A stretch of DNA of 64,000 nucleotides from assembly GCF_006345805.1 (NCBI RefSeq), contig NC_043025.1, forward strand, positions 8,928,001 to 8,992,000, read 5' to 3'. Under the pieces are notes generated by a model that did not search any database, was not told where the DNA came from, and saw nothing but the letters and a program-made list of their open reading frames with translations. Every line of letters starts with the position of its first letter. Positions within the stretch are counted from its first letter, which is position 1. Origin of the DNA: Octopus sinensis. Lineage: Eukaryota. The position numbers and the translations under genes are program-made. Below, in pieces: positions 39,775-52,183 of the stretch.

Positions 39775-40310
39775 CATGTGTTGAGAGGGTTTCTTTGAGG
39801 TTTGAATAGTTCACCTCTGGAAACATGGGTGGTTCTTTCAACATCCTTAAGCAACCCTTATTCAGGGACACATTTGAGCGGGAGGGCTACTCAACCTGAA
39901 GAAAATTCTAACTGGGCCCCACCTGCAAGGTCATGTGCTGTTTATCTTGATATGAGATCACCATGTCGCGCACATATGTTTGTGATTGGAGTGGCCTGGT
40001 GTACCCTTATCAGACGGGTAGTCATGATGGGTATACTGGGCTTGTATATTTTACCCCAGTGTCACTTTGATGGCATGCACTGCTCTCTCACTCAATAATG
40101 ATAATAATAATAATAATAATAAAAATAACTATGCCCCACCTGCAAGTTCATGCACTGTTTATCTTGATATGAGATCACCATGATGCGCACATATGGTTGT
40201 GATGCATGTGCCCAGTGTACCCTTATCAGATGAGTAGTCATGATGAGTATACTGGGTTTTGTATATTTTACCCCAGTGTCACTTTGATGGCATGAACTGC
40301 TCTCTCACTC
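38749..40310 (+). mobile_element. Stack of non-coding (TAA)n-embedded elements sharing the 3' end ...cccagtgtcacttt...ctctctcactc(aat)n (38749-39470, 39776-40093, 40131-40310; also 27533-27760 and, on the - strand, 26641-26750)
   Basis: Copies have variable 5' ends and a common 3' end followed by TAA repeats. Confidence 0.7.
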
Positions 40311-40388
<78 letters not shown>

Positions 40389-40683
40389 CAAGAAGGGAAC
40401 CGAAAATTATATGAGAATGATCCCTGGCTTACCATCCCTGGAAGAAGTGCAAAAGATTGTCTTAACTGGTACATCACATGTATTGAGAAGAGCATTGTCG
40501 ATGTGAGAAATGTTGCTGCTCATGTATTTTAATTTAACTTAAAAAAAGAAAAAAAAAAAAATGGACGAACTACTGAGTTTGGTTTAATGGCCTACCAATG
40601 TATACTATGAGTTTCTTTGCCCTAGGAGTCGGGAAGACACTCGGCAAGAAATGGAAGCAAATTTGAAAGAAGAAGAAAAAAAA
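40389..40683 (+). mobile_element. Short 3' end of a third R4/Dong-type family in (TAA)n
   Basis: KKGTENYMRMIPGLPSLEEVQKIVLTGTSHVLRRALSM* aligns by eye with the ends of the other two RLE ORFs; different 3' UTR; TAA flanks. Confidence 0.8.
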
Positions 40684-40733
40684 GTAATAATAATAATAAT
40701 TATAATAATGATGAGGATAATAATAAAAATAAT

Positions 40734-40837
<104 letters not shown>

Positions 40838-40845
40838 TAATAATC

Positions 40846-40882
<37 letters not shown>

Positions 40883-40899
40883 AAGCAGTAATAATGAAA

Positions 40900-41475
40900 T
40901 GAAGACAAAGAGAGCAACTCTCCACAATTCTCAATTTAAAGATTGCCATCTGACCAGAATGTGCAAATATCTGAAGCAATAAATATTAATGAACCTGGTA
41001 AAGATAGTGAGGAAAATGGTAAAGAAACAATATTTGAATTCCATGCATTTATTGAAGAACATAGAGAGTCCATGAAAACAATGAGGTAGAAATTTTGAAT
41101 ACGCTTGCAGTTGTAAGACATGCCAATATGTATGATAGGAAAAGCACTTTATAAGCTCTCAGATCCAAAATAGAAATTGGAAACTATGTAACAAAAGAAG
41201 TCATACAAGAACTAAAACCAAATCTCACTGAATTAAATGAAATTATTTATAGGCAGCTGTTAAGATAATTAAAACCAGTTGGATGCCTCTGAAAAAATCA
41301 AACCTGAGAAGAATTCCAAACTGGAAAAGTAAAATTGATAAAGAAATTGAAACAATGAGAGGTGAGAACTAATATTGTATGAACTAATCTGTGGAAACGA
41401 TGTGAAATACAGAAAAGGAAGAAAGATTAAGAGAAAATATAGATTCTCACCAAGACAAGAACTGCTTTCAGCAAA
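40900..41475 (+). pseudogene. Decayed N-terminal region of an R4/Dong-type ORF
   Basis: Frameshifted RIPNWKSKIDKEIETMRGE / ILYELICGNDVKYRKGRKIKRKYRF resembles the pre-RT region of R4/Dong ORFs (recall, not searched); begins right after (TAA)n. Confidence 0.55.
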
Positions 41476-41677
41476 AGTTTGTTCATCAACTTTCAGATAT
41501 TATAATGTTGGATTAATTATTCATTTAAAAAAATGAGAACATCAGTATTGAATTATAAGATATATTTGTATGCTATTTATGTTCCCATTTTGTTAAATGA
41601 ATTAATAATACAACATAACATTATAATATCTGAAAGTTGATGAACAAACTAAATTTGTTTCTCCATTTTCTTATTTG

Positions 41678-41740
<63 letters not shown>

Positions 41741-41799
41741 TATATATACACACACACACACACCACACATATATATATATATATATATAATATATTTAT

Positions 41800-41843
<44 letters not shown>

Positions 41844-41930
41844 ATATATATATATGTGTGTATATTATATATGTATGTATAATGTATATATATATATATA
41901 ATATATATATATATATATACATATATATAT

Positions 41931-41988
<58 letters not shown>

Positions 41989-42156
41989 CATATATGTAGG
42001 TCCCGGGTTGAGTCGGGGTTAACCACAGTAAATAAGGTACTCAATACATAGCAGAGTAAATTAATTATTTTATAGAAGGAGCTTCTACAGGACTAGAACT
42101 GTTTCATTCAAAAGAAATCGAAACAGTTCTAGTCCTGTAGAAGCTACTTCTATAAA

Positions 42157-42202
<46 letters not shown>

Positions 42203-42918
42203 GTGTGTGTATGTATGAATGTATGTACATGTATATATGTAGACATACAAACACACACACACACACACATATACAGAGTGCCTGGTTTTTCTTTAATTGT
42301 ATTATTGTGTTACTATCGTATAGCTTCCAAAATAAGAATCAGACGAAACTTTACGGGACACCCTGTGTACAAGTTCCCGTACATCAAAGAAAGGAACGCA
42401 GCTAAAACGCTGCTTAAACAGAAATAACTCTTCTTGTTATGAAGTCTACAAGTCCAATCAGTTGAGTCAACAAACTGTATTGATAAAAGACGATCTATTG
42501 AACAGTATCAGATGAAATATTGGGTTGAAAGATCAAGTGAAAACCCTTGAGGATCACATCTCCAGGATGGCTGGGTAGTCATGACTAAAGCCAATAAATT
42601 AATTAAACAGAACATATACTGTCTGCATATATATATATATATATATATACCCAGACGCACACACATGTATATGTATATGTGCATATATATACATATACAG
42701 ATATATACATATATATATACATACATATATGTATGTATAAGCTCCTACACGCATTTTTTTCTCTCCTTGTTTCTTTTCTGTGTATCTTTCTGTCGAAGAG
42801 CGTAGTCTCGAAATGTAAAAGATTTGTTCTATTTCTATTCCTGAGCGCCATACTAATACATCTGTTTGTTTGTACTCCACCTGCCTTCGTCTTTTGTTTA
42901 TTTTCGTAAACCTTCCCG

Positions 42919-42955
<37 letters not shown>

Positions 42956-43118
42956 TAGAAAAAAAACACCTCTTATCAATTCAAAATGAATAATGAAATT
43001 ACACCATCTAGAAAATTACATGTAATGTATATATTATATACATTATATTATTTTTGTAATTTACTTAATCTTTACTTTTTAATTGTTATTTTAATTTTAA
43101 CTTTTCTATTATATGTAA

Positions 43119-43686
43119 CTAGCAGTATCACCCGGCGTTGCTCGGGTTTGTAAGGGAAATAACTATATAAGCATTTTTAGAGAGTTATAGCCAAAAAATA
43201 GCAAAAAAAATGCATTAAAAATGGAAAAAAAATTATGGTAAATTTTTTTTAAAATCGTTGACTTATCGTAGACATTTTCTGTTTTGGTGTCTTCAAGCCA
43301 TGAAGTCGTTGTTCTAAAAGAACGCTGGTCTCCTTGAAAACGCATTACGACGTTGATTTCCTTACACTCCCTTCCCCACAGCTTCACGAGGGAGGGAAGA
43401 AGGGGGAGAAGCAAACACAGGTGCAGGTGTTTGAGCGTGGACGCCAACTCCGCCGCCATCGACACACGAAAAATTATGCATTAAAATGGAATAAAAAATG
43501 ATGTTAAATTATTTTTAAAATCGTAGACTCATCGTTGATGCGCGCTAATACCCAGAAGGGCTCGATATAAATCACGACTATAAGATACCCGAATTTGGTT
43601 AAACTGCACCGCAAAATGTGGGAGGAGTTAGGAATCTAAATCGAAGGGGACAGACACTCACACAACTACAGTTTTATATATATAGA
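43119..43686 (-). mobile_element. Non-autonomous Helitron (subfamily 2, longer)
   Basis: Same termini; contains both internal modules. Confidence 0.85.
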
Positions 43687-44174
43687 TATTAGAAAAAAAC
43701 ACCTTTTATCAATTCAAAATGAATAATGAAATTACACCATCTAGAAAATTACATATAATGTATATATAATATACATTATATTATTTTTGTAATTTACTTA
43801 ATCTTTACATTTTATTGTTATTTTAACTTTTCTATTATATGTAATTTTCTAGATGGTGTAATTTCATTATTCATTTTGAATTGATAAAAGGTGGTGTTTT
43901 TCTAATATTTTATATATATATATTATATTGATAATGATGATGATAAATATGTGTGTATATGTGTGTGTGTGTGCTCATGTGTATCTCTACATACATCTGA
44001 ATGTACACATACATATATATGTATTTTGCATATATGCATATCAAGCATAGCTAAATATTTTTGATTCAGTATCTAAACTTATTTCGTTCATTTATTATTT
44101 CTCTAATAATATTACGCCCCCCACCACTTACACGCACACACACACACACACCACACACACACACATACACACAA

Positions 44175-44207
<33 letters not shown>

Positions 44208-44646
44208 GACAAACAGATGATTAGCAAAACAATATGTATCTTGTGTCGTTTTCTCTATATCTACAAACAGCTGTTTCAGAATATCTTTTCTCATTAGAAC
44301 ACTGAAATGAATCTTAGCTGTATTCAAACAGATCAGGACAACTAAATCTTGGAATCATAATTGATAATTGTTTTAGTGAAAATTGCGTTTTTATTTTCTC
44401 AGAGAAAAAATCAGGGATATGTAAAATAAGAAAAGATAGTTTATGTAAAAGATTCAAATATAGAAATATTGGCATTTAAATTTTGCTGCAATAGGTTACA
44501 ACCATATGTATCTATCTGTCTGTCTGTGTGTCTGTTTGTCTTTTTGTCTGTATGTCTATTTATATCTGTTTATCTAGCTATCTAGATACCTAGCTATTTG
44601 TGACTAAGGTTTGGTGAAAGATTTTAATTCAAAACTTATGTTTAGC

Positions 44647-45200
44647 TTAACCCTTTTGTTACCGTATTTCTGTTGAGATGCTCTGTGTTTCTTTCAATTG
44701 ATTTTAAATATAACAAAGAATTTAGTAAAATAACTTAGTTATCATTCAGCTAGTGTTAGGAACATAAATTGTGACTAAGGTTTGGTAGAAGATTTTAATA
44801 CAAAACTTATGGAAACAAGACATTTGTACTACAGAGCCAGAGCCGGTTTCAGCCAAGTTGATACCAAAAGGGTTAAAAATATCATGGTGACTTTAACCCT
44901 TTTGTTACCCTATTTCTGTTGAGATGCTCTGTGTTTCTTTCAATTGATTTTAAATATAACAAAGAATTTAGTAAAATAACTTTGTTATCATTAAGCTAGT
45001 GTTAGGAACATAAATTGTGACTAAGGTTTGGTGGAAGATTTTAATTCAGAACTTATGAAAACAAGACATTTGTACTACAGAGCCAGAGGTTGTTTCAGGT
45101 GGGTTGGTAACAAAAGGGTTAAAAATATCATGGTGACTTTAACCCTTTTGTTACCATATTTCTGTTGAGATGCTCTCTGTTTCTTTCAATTATTATAGAT
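44647..45200. mobile_element. piggyBac-like ~225-bp MITE in a 246-bp tandem array (2 full + 1 partial)
   Basis: TTAA|cccttttgttacc ... ggtaacaaaaggg|TTAA; left TTAA at 44647, 44893, 45139. Confidence 0.82.
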
Positions 45201-45451
45201 ATAACAAACCAGCAGAGATGAGGTCAGTTTTGGCATGGTTTTTACAGCTGGATGCCCTTCCAGATACCAACCACTTTACAACATGGACTGGATGCTTTCT
45301 AAGTGGCACCAGCACAGGGGGTGGTTACCAGGTAACTTTGCAAGACAATGACTCTTTGAGAGGGGGTCTTGTGTCAGATGATGAAAGATTAGTGTGTGGC
45401 AGAGAAACAGAGGCAGGTGTCTTGCTGTAGGGGAAGTACATGGTTACTGGG

Positions 45452-45488
<37 letters not shown>

Positions 45489-45637
45489 TAGCAAGAGAGA
45501 GAAAGAAGAAGAGATGGGGAGAAAGAGAGTAAGAGAAAGAGAGCGAGAATTAATAAGAATGAGGGCAGGAATATATGTACTGCTGAAGAGGAGGGACGTG
45601 GGTATCTAGAGAGAGAGGGTGAGTTAACAAGAAAAAA

Positions 45638-46650
45638 GTGGCAAGCTGGCAGAATTGTTAGCATGCTGGGTGAAATGCTTAGCAGTATTTCGTCTGTCTT
45701 TACATTCTGAGTTCAAATTCCACTGAGGTCGACTTTGCCTTCCATCCTTTCGGAGTTGATAAATTAAGTACCAGTTGCGTACTGGAGGTTGATCTAATTG
45801 ACTGGCCCTGCTCCCCCAAAATTTCGAATCTTGTGCCTAGAGTAGAAAAGAATATTTAAAGGTGGTGGGTTGACAGAAATGTTAGCTTGCCAGGCAAAAT
45901 GCTTAGTGGTATTTCACCTGTCGCAACATTGTGAGTTCAAATTCAACCAAGGTCGACTTTGCCTTTCATCCTTTCGTGGTCGATTAAATAAGTACCAGTT
46001 ACGCACTGGGGTCGATATAATCGACTTAATACCTATGTCTGTCCTTGTTTGTCTCCTCTTTGTGTTTAGCCCCTTGTGGGTAATAAAGAACTAGGTATTT
46101 CGTCTGCCTTTACATTCTGAGTTCAAATTCCGCCGAGGTCGACTTTGCCTTTCATCCTTTCGGGGTCGATTAAATAAGTACCAGTTACGCACTGGGGTCA
46201 ATATAATCGACTTAATCCGTTTGTCTGTCCTTGTTTGTCCCCTCTTTGTGTTTAGCCCTTGTGGGTAGTAAAGAAATAGGTATTTCATCTGCCTTTACAT
46301 TCTGAGTTCAAATTCCGCCGAGTTCGACTTTGCCTTTCATTCTTTCAGGGTCGATTAAATAAGTACCAGTTTCGCACTGGGGTCGATATAATCGACTTAA
46401 TACCTATGTCTGTCCTTGTTTGTCCCCTCTGTGTTTAGCCCCTCGTGGGCAATAAAGAAATAAAATAGGAGGTGAAATGCTTAGTGGTATTTTGTCTGCC
46501 TTTACATTCTGAGTTCAAATTCCACCAAGGTTGATGTTGCCTTTCATTCTTTCAGGGTCGATAAATTAACTACCAATTGAGTACTGGGAGTCGATCTAAT
46601 CGAATGGCTCCCTCCCGCAAAATTTCGGGCCTTGTACCTAGAGAAGAAAA
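45638..46650 (+). mobile_element. SINE B cluster with tandem internal units
   Basis: Same consensus. Confidence 0.82.
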
Positions 46651-46859
46651 GAAAAAGGTGTGCTGCTGTAAAGAAGACACACGGTTATTAAGCAAGCGAA
46701 TTAAGGGTAGTTAAATTTTGAGTGGATATATCCAAGATGCTCAGGAGAAGGGTTAATTAATAAATGCCATAACGAATGAGAGTTGCGCCAAAGGTGAAGA
46801 GAAAGAGGGCAATCCTCAATTAAGCAATCCCACCTGCTTTATTTTAATTGCTTGGCAGC

Positions 46860-47355
46860 ACCCCCCCCCCACTACCCCCAACCACCACCACCACTACCAC
46901 CACCACTACCACCACTGGGAACAAATTATGCAATTAATAGAAAACAAAAGGAAATAACTCGAACCAGCAACGACAACGAATGTCACCGTTTGCGAACCCA
47001 TGAAAACCAGCTCGACTACTCTTGCTGCTGCCACCGCCACCGCCACCGCCACCACCATCGCCACCACCACCACTACCACCATCACCACCGCCACCACCAT
47101 CACCACCACCATCACTGCCGTCGCCACCACCAACATCACTGCTGTTGCCACTAAACACCACCACTACCACTACCATCACTGCCGCCGCCACCACCACCAC
47201 TGCACCACCACCACCACCACTACCACTACCATCACAACCACCACTGCTGCTACTGCTAATCTCTGCCACCACCACCACCACCACCACTGCTGCTATCACC
47301 CCTACCACCACCTCCACTACTATTATTACAGCCATGACTACCACTACTTCTAATT

Positions 47356-47403
<48 letters not shown>

Positions 47404-47760
47404 TTACTACTACTACTACTGAAACCAGCCCGGCACAACAACTGTAATGGCTCCTGCCATACCATCACCAGCACACCTACTTCTATCATCAATACCTCCA
47501 ACCACTACCACTACCATTGGTGCAGCCATCACCACCACCACCACCACCACCACCACCACCATCATCAAAATAATCCCCTACAATGACCCATAGCCATGCG
47601 AACCACCTTTCCATCACTACAACTACCACCTCCAGCACTACCACCCAAAACCATGGCTATCACAAGCCTACCGCTTCTTTGTAGCCATGACTGCCACCGC
47701 CACCATTACCACCGCTGCCCCCCCAATAACCTCCTTTGTTCCACCCCCACACCACCCAAC
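46860..47760 (+). repeat. (CAC/TAC)n low-complexity tract (a related GAT/GGT tract lies at 5170-5395)
   Basis: Direct. Confidence 0.95.
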
Positions 47761-47767
47761 GAACAGG

Positions 47768-47833
47768 TATAAATACCCAGGATGGCCTTTGTATCGTTGG
47801 TAGTGATTGTTCAATTTCTACAAAATCATCCAG
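47768..47833 (+). promoter_or_regulatory. Candidate TATA promoter and non-coding first exon of the secreted-protein gene
   Basis: TATAAATA at 47768-47775 in unique sequence; about 60 nt downstream a donor ccag|gtacgt at 47833/47834; exon 52184 has an acceptor upstream of its ATG, so a 5' exon is required. Confidence 0.5.
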
Positions 47834-47962
47834 GTACGTGAAAAGTAGTCTTTTGCCAACTTTCTCTCTCTAGCTATATCTCTTAAGCTTTCATCTTTCA
47901 CCCCCTTCAGTCACTAGACTGCGGTCATGCTGGGGCAAGGTACTGCCTTGAAGGGTTTAGAC

Positions 47963-48181
47963 CAGTGGTTTTCAACCAGGGTTCCGCGGAACCTTAGGGT
48001 TCCGCCAGTACAGTCCAGGGGTTTCGCAAGAAGTTACAAAACTGCTAAAATCGGCAGTAATTTTTAATTCTCCTGTGCAGATATGTGTGCATAAGACTAT
48101 TGAATTATAGCACAGGGGTTCCTCGAGCCAGTGAAATATTTTCTTGGGGTTCCGCTCCTGCAAAAAGGTTGAAAAGCACTG
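47963..48181 (+). mobile_element. Uninterrupted copy of the same hAT MITE
   Basis: TIR cagtggttttcaacc / ggttgaaaagcactg; 8-bp TSD gtttagac / gtttagag. Confidence 0.88.
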
Positions 48182-48251
48182 GTTTAGAGACAATAAATCT
48201 TTTACCGTATCTTCTCTCTCGCTTTATCTCTTAATCTTTCATCTTTCACTC

Positions 48252-48282
<31 letters not shown>

Positions 48283-48283
48283 C

Positions 48284-48333
<50 letters not shown>

Positions 48334-48449
48334 TATATATATACCGGAGTAAACACATAAATGTGAAACAAGGTGGAAAAAAAGAGTACTCAAATACCAG
48401 TGGTAGAGTAATATGCTTTATTTAAAGCAGCAGAAAATTCAACAAAACC

Positions 48450-48487
48450 TGTTACTCTGAGTTTCCACGTTGCCGTTCGTCGGACAG
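48450..48487 (-). ncRNA. Hammerhead-like motif, CCGACGA core (decayed sibling 15330-15367)
   Basis: CTGT-CCGACGA-ACG-gcaa-CGT-(G)GAAACTC-A-GAGT-A-ACAG. Confidence 0.5.
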
Positions 48488-48560
48488 TTTTTTGCTAGAT
48501 TCTAGCAACGTGAAACTCAGAGCAACAGGTTTTGTTGAATTTTCTCTGCTGCTTTAAATA

Positions 48561-48603
<43 letters not shown>

Positions 48604-48798
48604 CAATTTAAATGCATTTAAATGCGAAATCACATGTGATATATAACTGAATTCTTTTTTAAAATGATGTGTTTTGAAGTTTTGCATTCGGTAAAAATTT
48701 TGTTTATTTTTAGTAGTTTTGACCACATTGGTCCCTCTTAGCGTGTTGGTATCTACGAATAGTAGTACCCTCAATATAATATATATATATATATATAT

Positions 48799-48990
48799 GT
48801 TGGGACATTCCTTAAATAATGCAATTTTTTTTTTATACTTTTGTTTTTCAAAATTAAGATAAACCTAGTTCTTTTTTTAATCTAAAATATACTCTCCTTC
48901 ATTTTCTACAATGTCCTTCCATCTACCTGGTAGATTTGCAAGGGGCCCCCTCTTCCAAAATTCCCTCGTCAATCACAAAAACATATTCCT
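48799..48990 (-). mobile_element. Decayed mariner 3' end
   Basis: TA then TIR-like gttgggacattcc; decayed EGI..LP.RW..IV-like sequence. Confidence 0.45.
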
Positions 48991-49009
48991 CCAATACTGT
49001 TCTCACCTT

Positions 49010-49427
49010 ACACTTTTACAGTTTTACACTTTTACTTGTTTCAGTCATTTGACTGCGGCCATGCTGGAGCACCGCCTTTAGTCGAGCAAATCGACCCCGG
49101 GACTTATTCTTTGTAAGCCCAGTACTTATTCTATCGGTCTTTTTTGCCGAACCGCTAAGTGACGGGGACGTAAACACACCAGCATCAGTTGTCAAGCAAT
49201 GCTAGGGGGACAAACACAGACACACAAATATTACACACACACTTATATATATATATATATATACATATATACGACAGGCTTCTTCAGTTTCCGTCGACCA
49301 ATCCACTCACAAGGCATTGGTCGGCCCGGGGCTATAGCAGAAGACACTTGCCCAAGATGCCACACAGTGGGACTGAACCCGGAACCATGTGGTTGGTTAG
49401 CAAGCTACTTACCACACAGCCACTCCT
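49010..49427 (-). mobile_element. SINE A, full copy
   Basis: Same consensus. Confidence 0.85.
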
Positions 49428-49640
49428 GTCCGCAGAATTGAATTTTTTTCTGTCCATAATGATTCTGAAAACTGTGGAATAAATGATAACCACATGGGGC
49501 AATGTCCATCGAATATGGTGGATGGGTGGGGCATCAGTTCCCTTTCAAACTGCTCCAAGCTTTGGAATGTCGTCCTCACTGTATGTGGCCAAGCATTATC
49601 CTAATGGAAGAACATCTTTTGTCTTGGAACCACCTTCCAG
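49428..49640 (-). pseudogene. Decayed mariner transposase fragment
   Basis: Minus strand reads DNAWPHT...LEQFERELMPHP..MDIAPCGYHLFHSFQN with a frameshift. Confidence 0.7.
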
Positions 49641-50071
49641 AGTGTGTTTGATGCTTTTACGTGGCACCACGTGGGTGCTTCTATGTGGCGCTAAACTGGC
49701 ACTTTTATGTGCCATGACAGATAGAAAGGATGTGGTCGAAGTTTAAAATATGAATTTACAGAACACAGAGACAAGATACACAGTTCTTTCCCCAAAAATA
49801 TCTCAATATGAAAAGTGAAGCCCTTTTAAATGCACAGGAAACAGTTTTTCTTCAGCATGCACTGCTGAAATTATGATGCACCTTATATCTTTTGTTCTGT
49901 ACTTATTTCTGTACTTATTTTGTACCCTACCATGCTAGGGTAATGTCTTGGATGACTTTCAGTTGAACAAATCAACCCCAGTACTTATAATTTTTAAGTC
50001 TGGTACCTATTGTATTGAGCTCTTTTGTTGAACTGCTAAGTTATGGTGAGATAAAAAATAAAACCAACCCT

Positions 50072-50243
50072 AGGCATAGGAGTGGCTGTGTGGTAAGTAG
50101 CTTGCTTACCAACCACATGGTTCCGGGTTCAGTCCCACTACGTGGCACCTTGGGCAAGTGTCTTCTACTATAGCCTCGGGCCGACCAAAGCCTTGTGAGT
50201 GGATTTGGTAGACGGAAACTGAAAGAAGCCCGTTGTATATATG

Positions 50244-50276
<33 letters not shown>

Positions 50277-50492
50277 ATGTGTTTGTGTGTCTGTGTTTGT
50301 CCCCCTAGCATTGCTTGACAACCGATGCTGGTGTGTTTATGTCCCCATAACTTAGCGGTTCGGCAAAAGAGACCGATAGAATAAGTACTGGGCTTACAAA
50401 AGAATAAGTCCCGAGGTCGATTTGCTCGACAAAAGGTGATGCTCCAGCATGGCCGCAGTCAAATGACTGAAACAAGTAAAAGAGTAAAAGAG
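50072..50492 (+). mobile_element. SINE A, full copy
   Basis: Same consensus. Confidence 0.85.
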
Positions 50493-50610
50493 AGAGAGAG
50501 TAGTTGTTAAGTAGTGGTGGAGACAAAGGCAGAACGACACAAACATACACACACATGCACCAATGGGATTCTGTGCTCCGAATCAACTCACAAGGCTTTG
50601 TTCAGTATGA

Positions 50611-51050
50611 AAAACTTGGCTGATAACAGTCAATGCTGATCTGGAGCCCAGCCTAGGCCCCTATATCTACGGCGTTCACTGCTGGAATAAGGAGTGGTTG
50701 GAGATCACGCGGCCGTTAGCCTCAAATCACCAGGCCTGGTCGGCATTTGTGAGAGATGCAGCATTGAGGATGAATGAAGCCAGCTCAACACACCCCAGGT
50801 GAATGCTGTCAAGTCAGTCAAGTTAAGGTAATTCACCTAGACAATGAAAAACCTGGCTGACGACAGTCAAGGCTGATCTGGAACCCAACCTAGGCCCCCA
50901 TATCTATGGCGTTCACTGCTGGAATAAGGAGTGGTTGGAGATCACGCGGCCGTTAGCCTCAAATCACCAGGCCTGGTCGGCATTTGTGAGAGATGCAGCA
51001 TTGAGGATGAATGAAGCCAGCTCAACCCACCCTGGGTGATTGCTGTCTAA
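50611..51050 (+). mobile_element. Two tandem (~237-bp) RTE LINE 3' ends
   Basis: WNKEWLEITRPLASNHQAWSAFVRDA; caagtcagtcaagt-type tail. Confidence 0.75.
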
Positions 51051-51489
51051 AAGTAAAAAAAAAAGTCAAGGGCTACTGTAGAAAATATTTTTGCCCAAGG
51101 TGGGACTGAACCCAGAACCATGTGGATGGGAAGCAAACTGCTTACCACACAGCCACGTCTTATACTATTGCTTAGAATAGATTACATACAAACTACGAAA
51201 GCTTTGTCTTCTCTATTTTAAAGTTTACTTTGTGGTATACACAGGAACTTTATAGTGGCTATAATGACAAATTAATTAAATTAATTAATTAAATTTACTA
51301 GATGGATGTGACATCTATAAAGATGCCTTATGTTTATTTTACAAATTTAACGTGGTTAATGAAGCAGTTTTATTATTCATGTGGCGCTTGTATGAAAACC
51401 AAGATGGACCTTTACAACTACTTTATGAAATGATTAAATTTAATTAGTATAATTAATGAATTCATGAATCTGGCGATGGCTAAAGTCTT

Positions 51490-52130
51490 TGTGTGTATGC
51501 CAAAAAATTATGCATGTGTGTGTATGTATGTGTGTATGTTTGAGTGTGTGTATGTGAGTGTGCATGCGTGCATGTGTATTCATGTGTGTGTATGTGTATG
51601 TGCGAGTGTGTGTGTGTATGTGTGTATGTGCGAGTGTGTGTGTATATGTGAGTGTGTGAGTGTGATTGTGCATGTGTCTATGTGTGTATGTATATGTATA
51701 TGTGAGTGTGTGTGAGCGTACATGTGTGTATGTGTGTATGTGTGTATGTGTGTGTGCATATGTGAGTGTGTGAGTGTGTGTGTGTATGCATGTGTGTATA
51801 TTTGAGTGCATGTGTGTGTATGTATGCATGTATATGTGAGTGTGTGTGAGTGTGATTGTGCATGTGTCTATGTGTGTATGTATATGTGTGTATATGTATA
51901 TGTGTATATGTGAGTGTGTGTGAGTGTACATGTGTGTATGTGTGTATGTGTGTATGTATGTGTGCATATGTGAGTGTGAGAGTGTGTGTGTATGCATGTG
52001 TGTGCGTACATATGTGTACATATGTGTGTATATGTGAGTGTGGCTGAGTGTGATTGGGCATGTGTCTATGTGTGTATATGTATATATGTAGTTCTGAGTG
52101 TGTATATATATGTGTGTGTGTATAACATAT
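51490..52130 (+). repeat. Cryptic TG-rich tract with ~195-bp internal periodicity, ending just upstream of exon 52184
   Basis: gagtgtgattgtgcatgtgtctatgtgtg recurs three times. Confidence 0.85.
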
Positions 52131-52183
52131 ATATTTTTGTATGCTGATATCTTATGTAAGTTCTGTTCTTTCTCTGTTTCCAG

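Noticed and set aside
44403-44420. 18-nt phase 1-1 micro-exon candidate (EKKSGI) for the orphan module
   Set aside because: Strong acceptor but weak donor (gtaaaa); too short to distinguish from chance without reads.
46852-47501. Mucin-like Thr/Pro/His-rich ORFs
   Set aside because: (CAC)n low complexity, frames shift freely, no splice signals or composition continuity.
51440-52061. His/Thr-alternating ORFs
   Set aside because: Translation of a TG/CA cryptic repeat.
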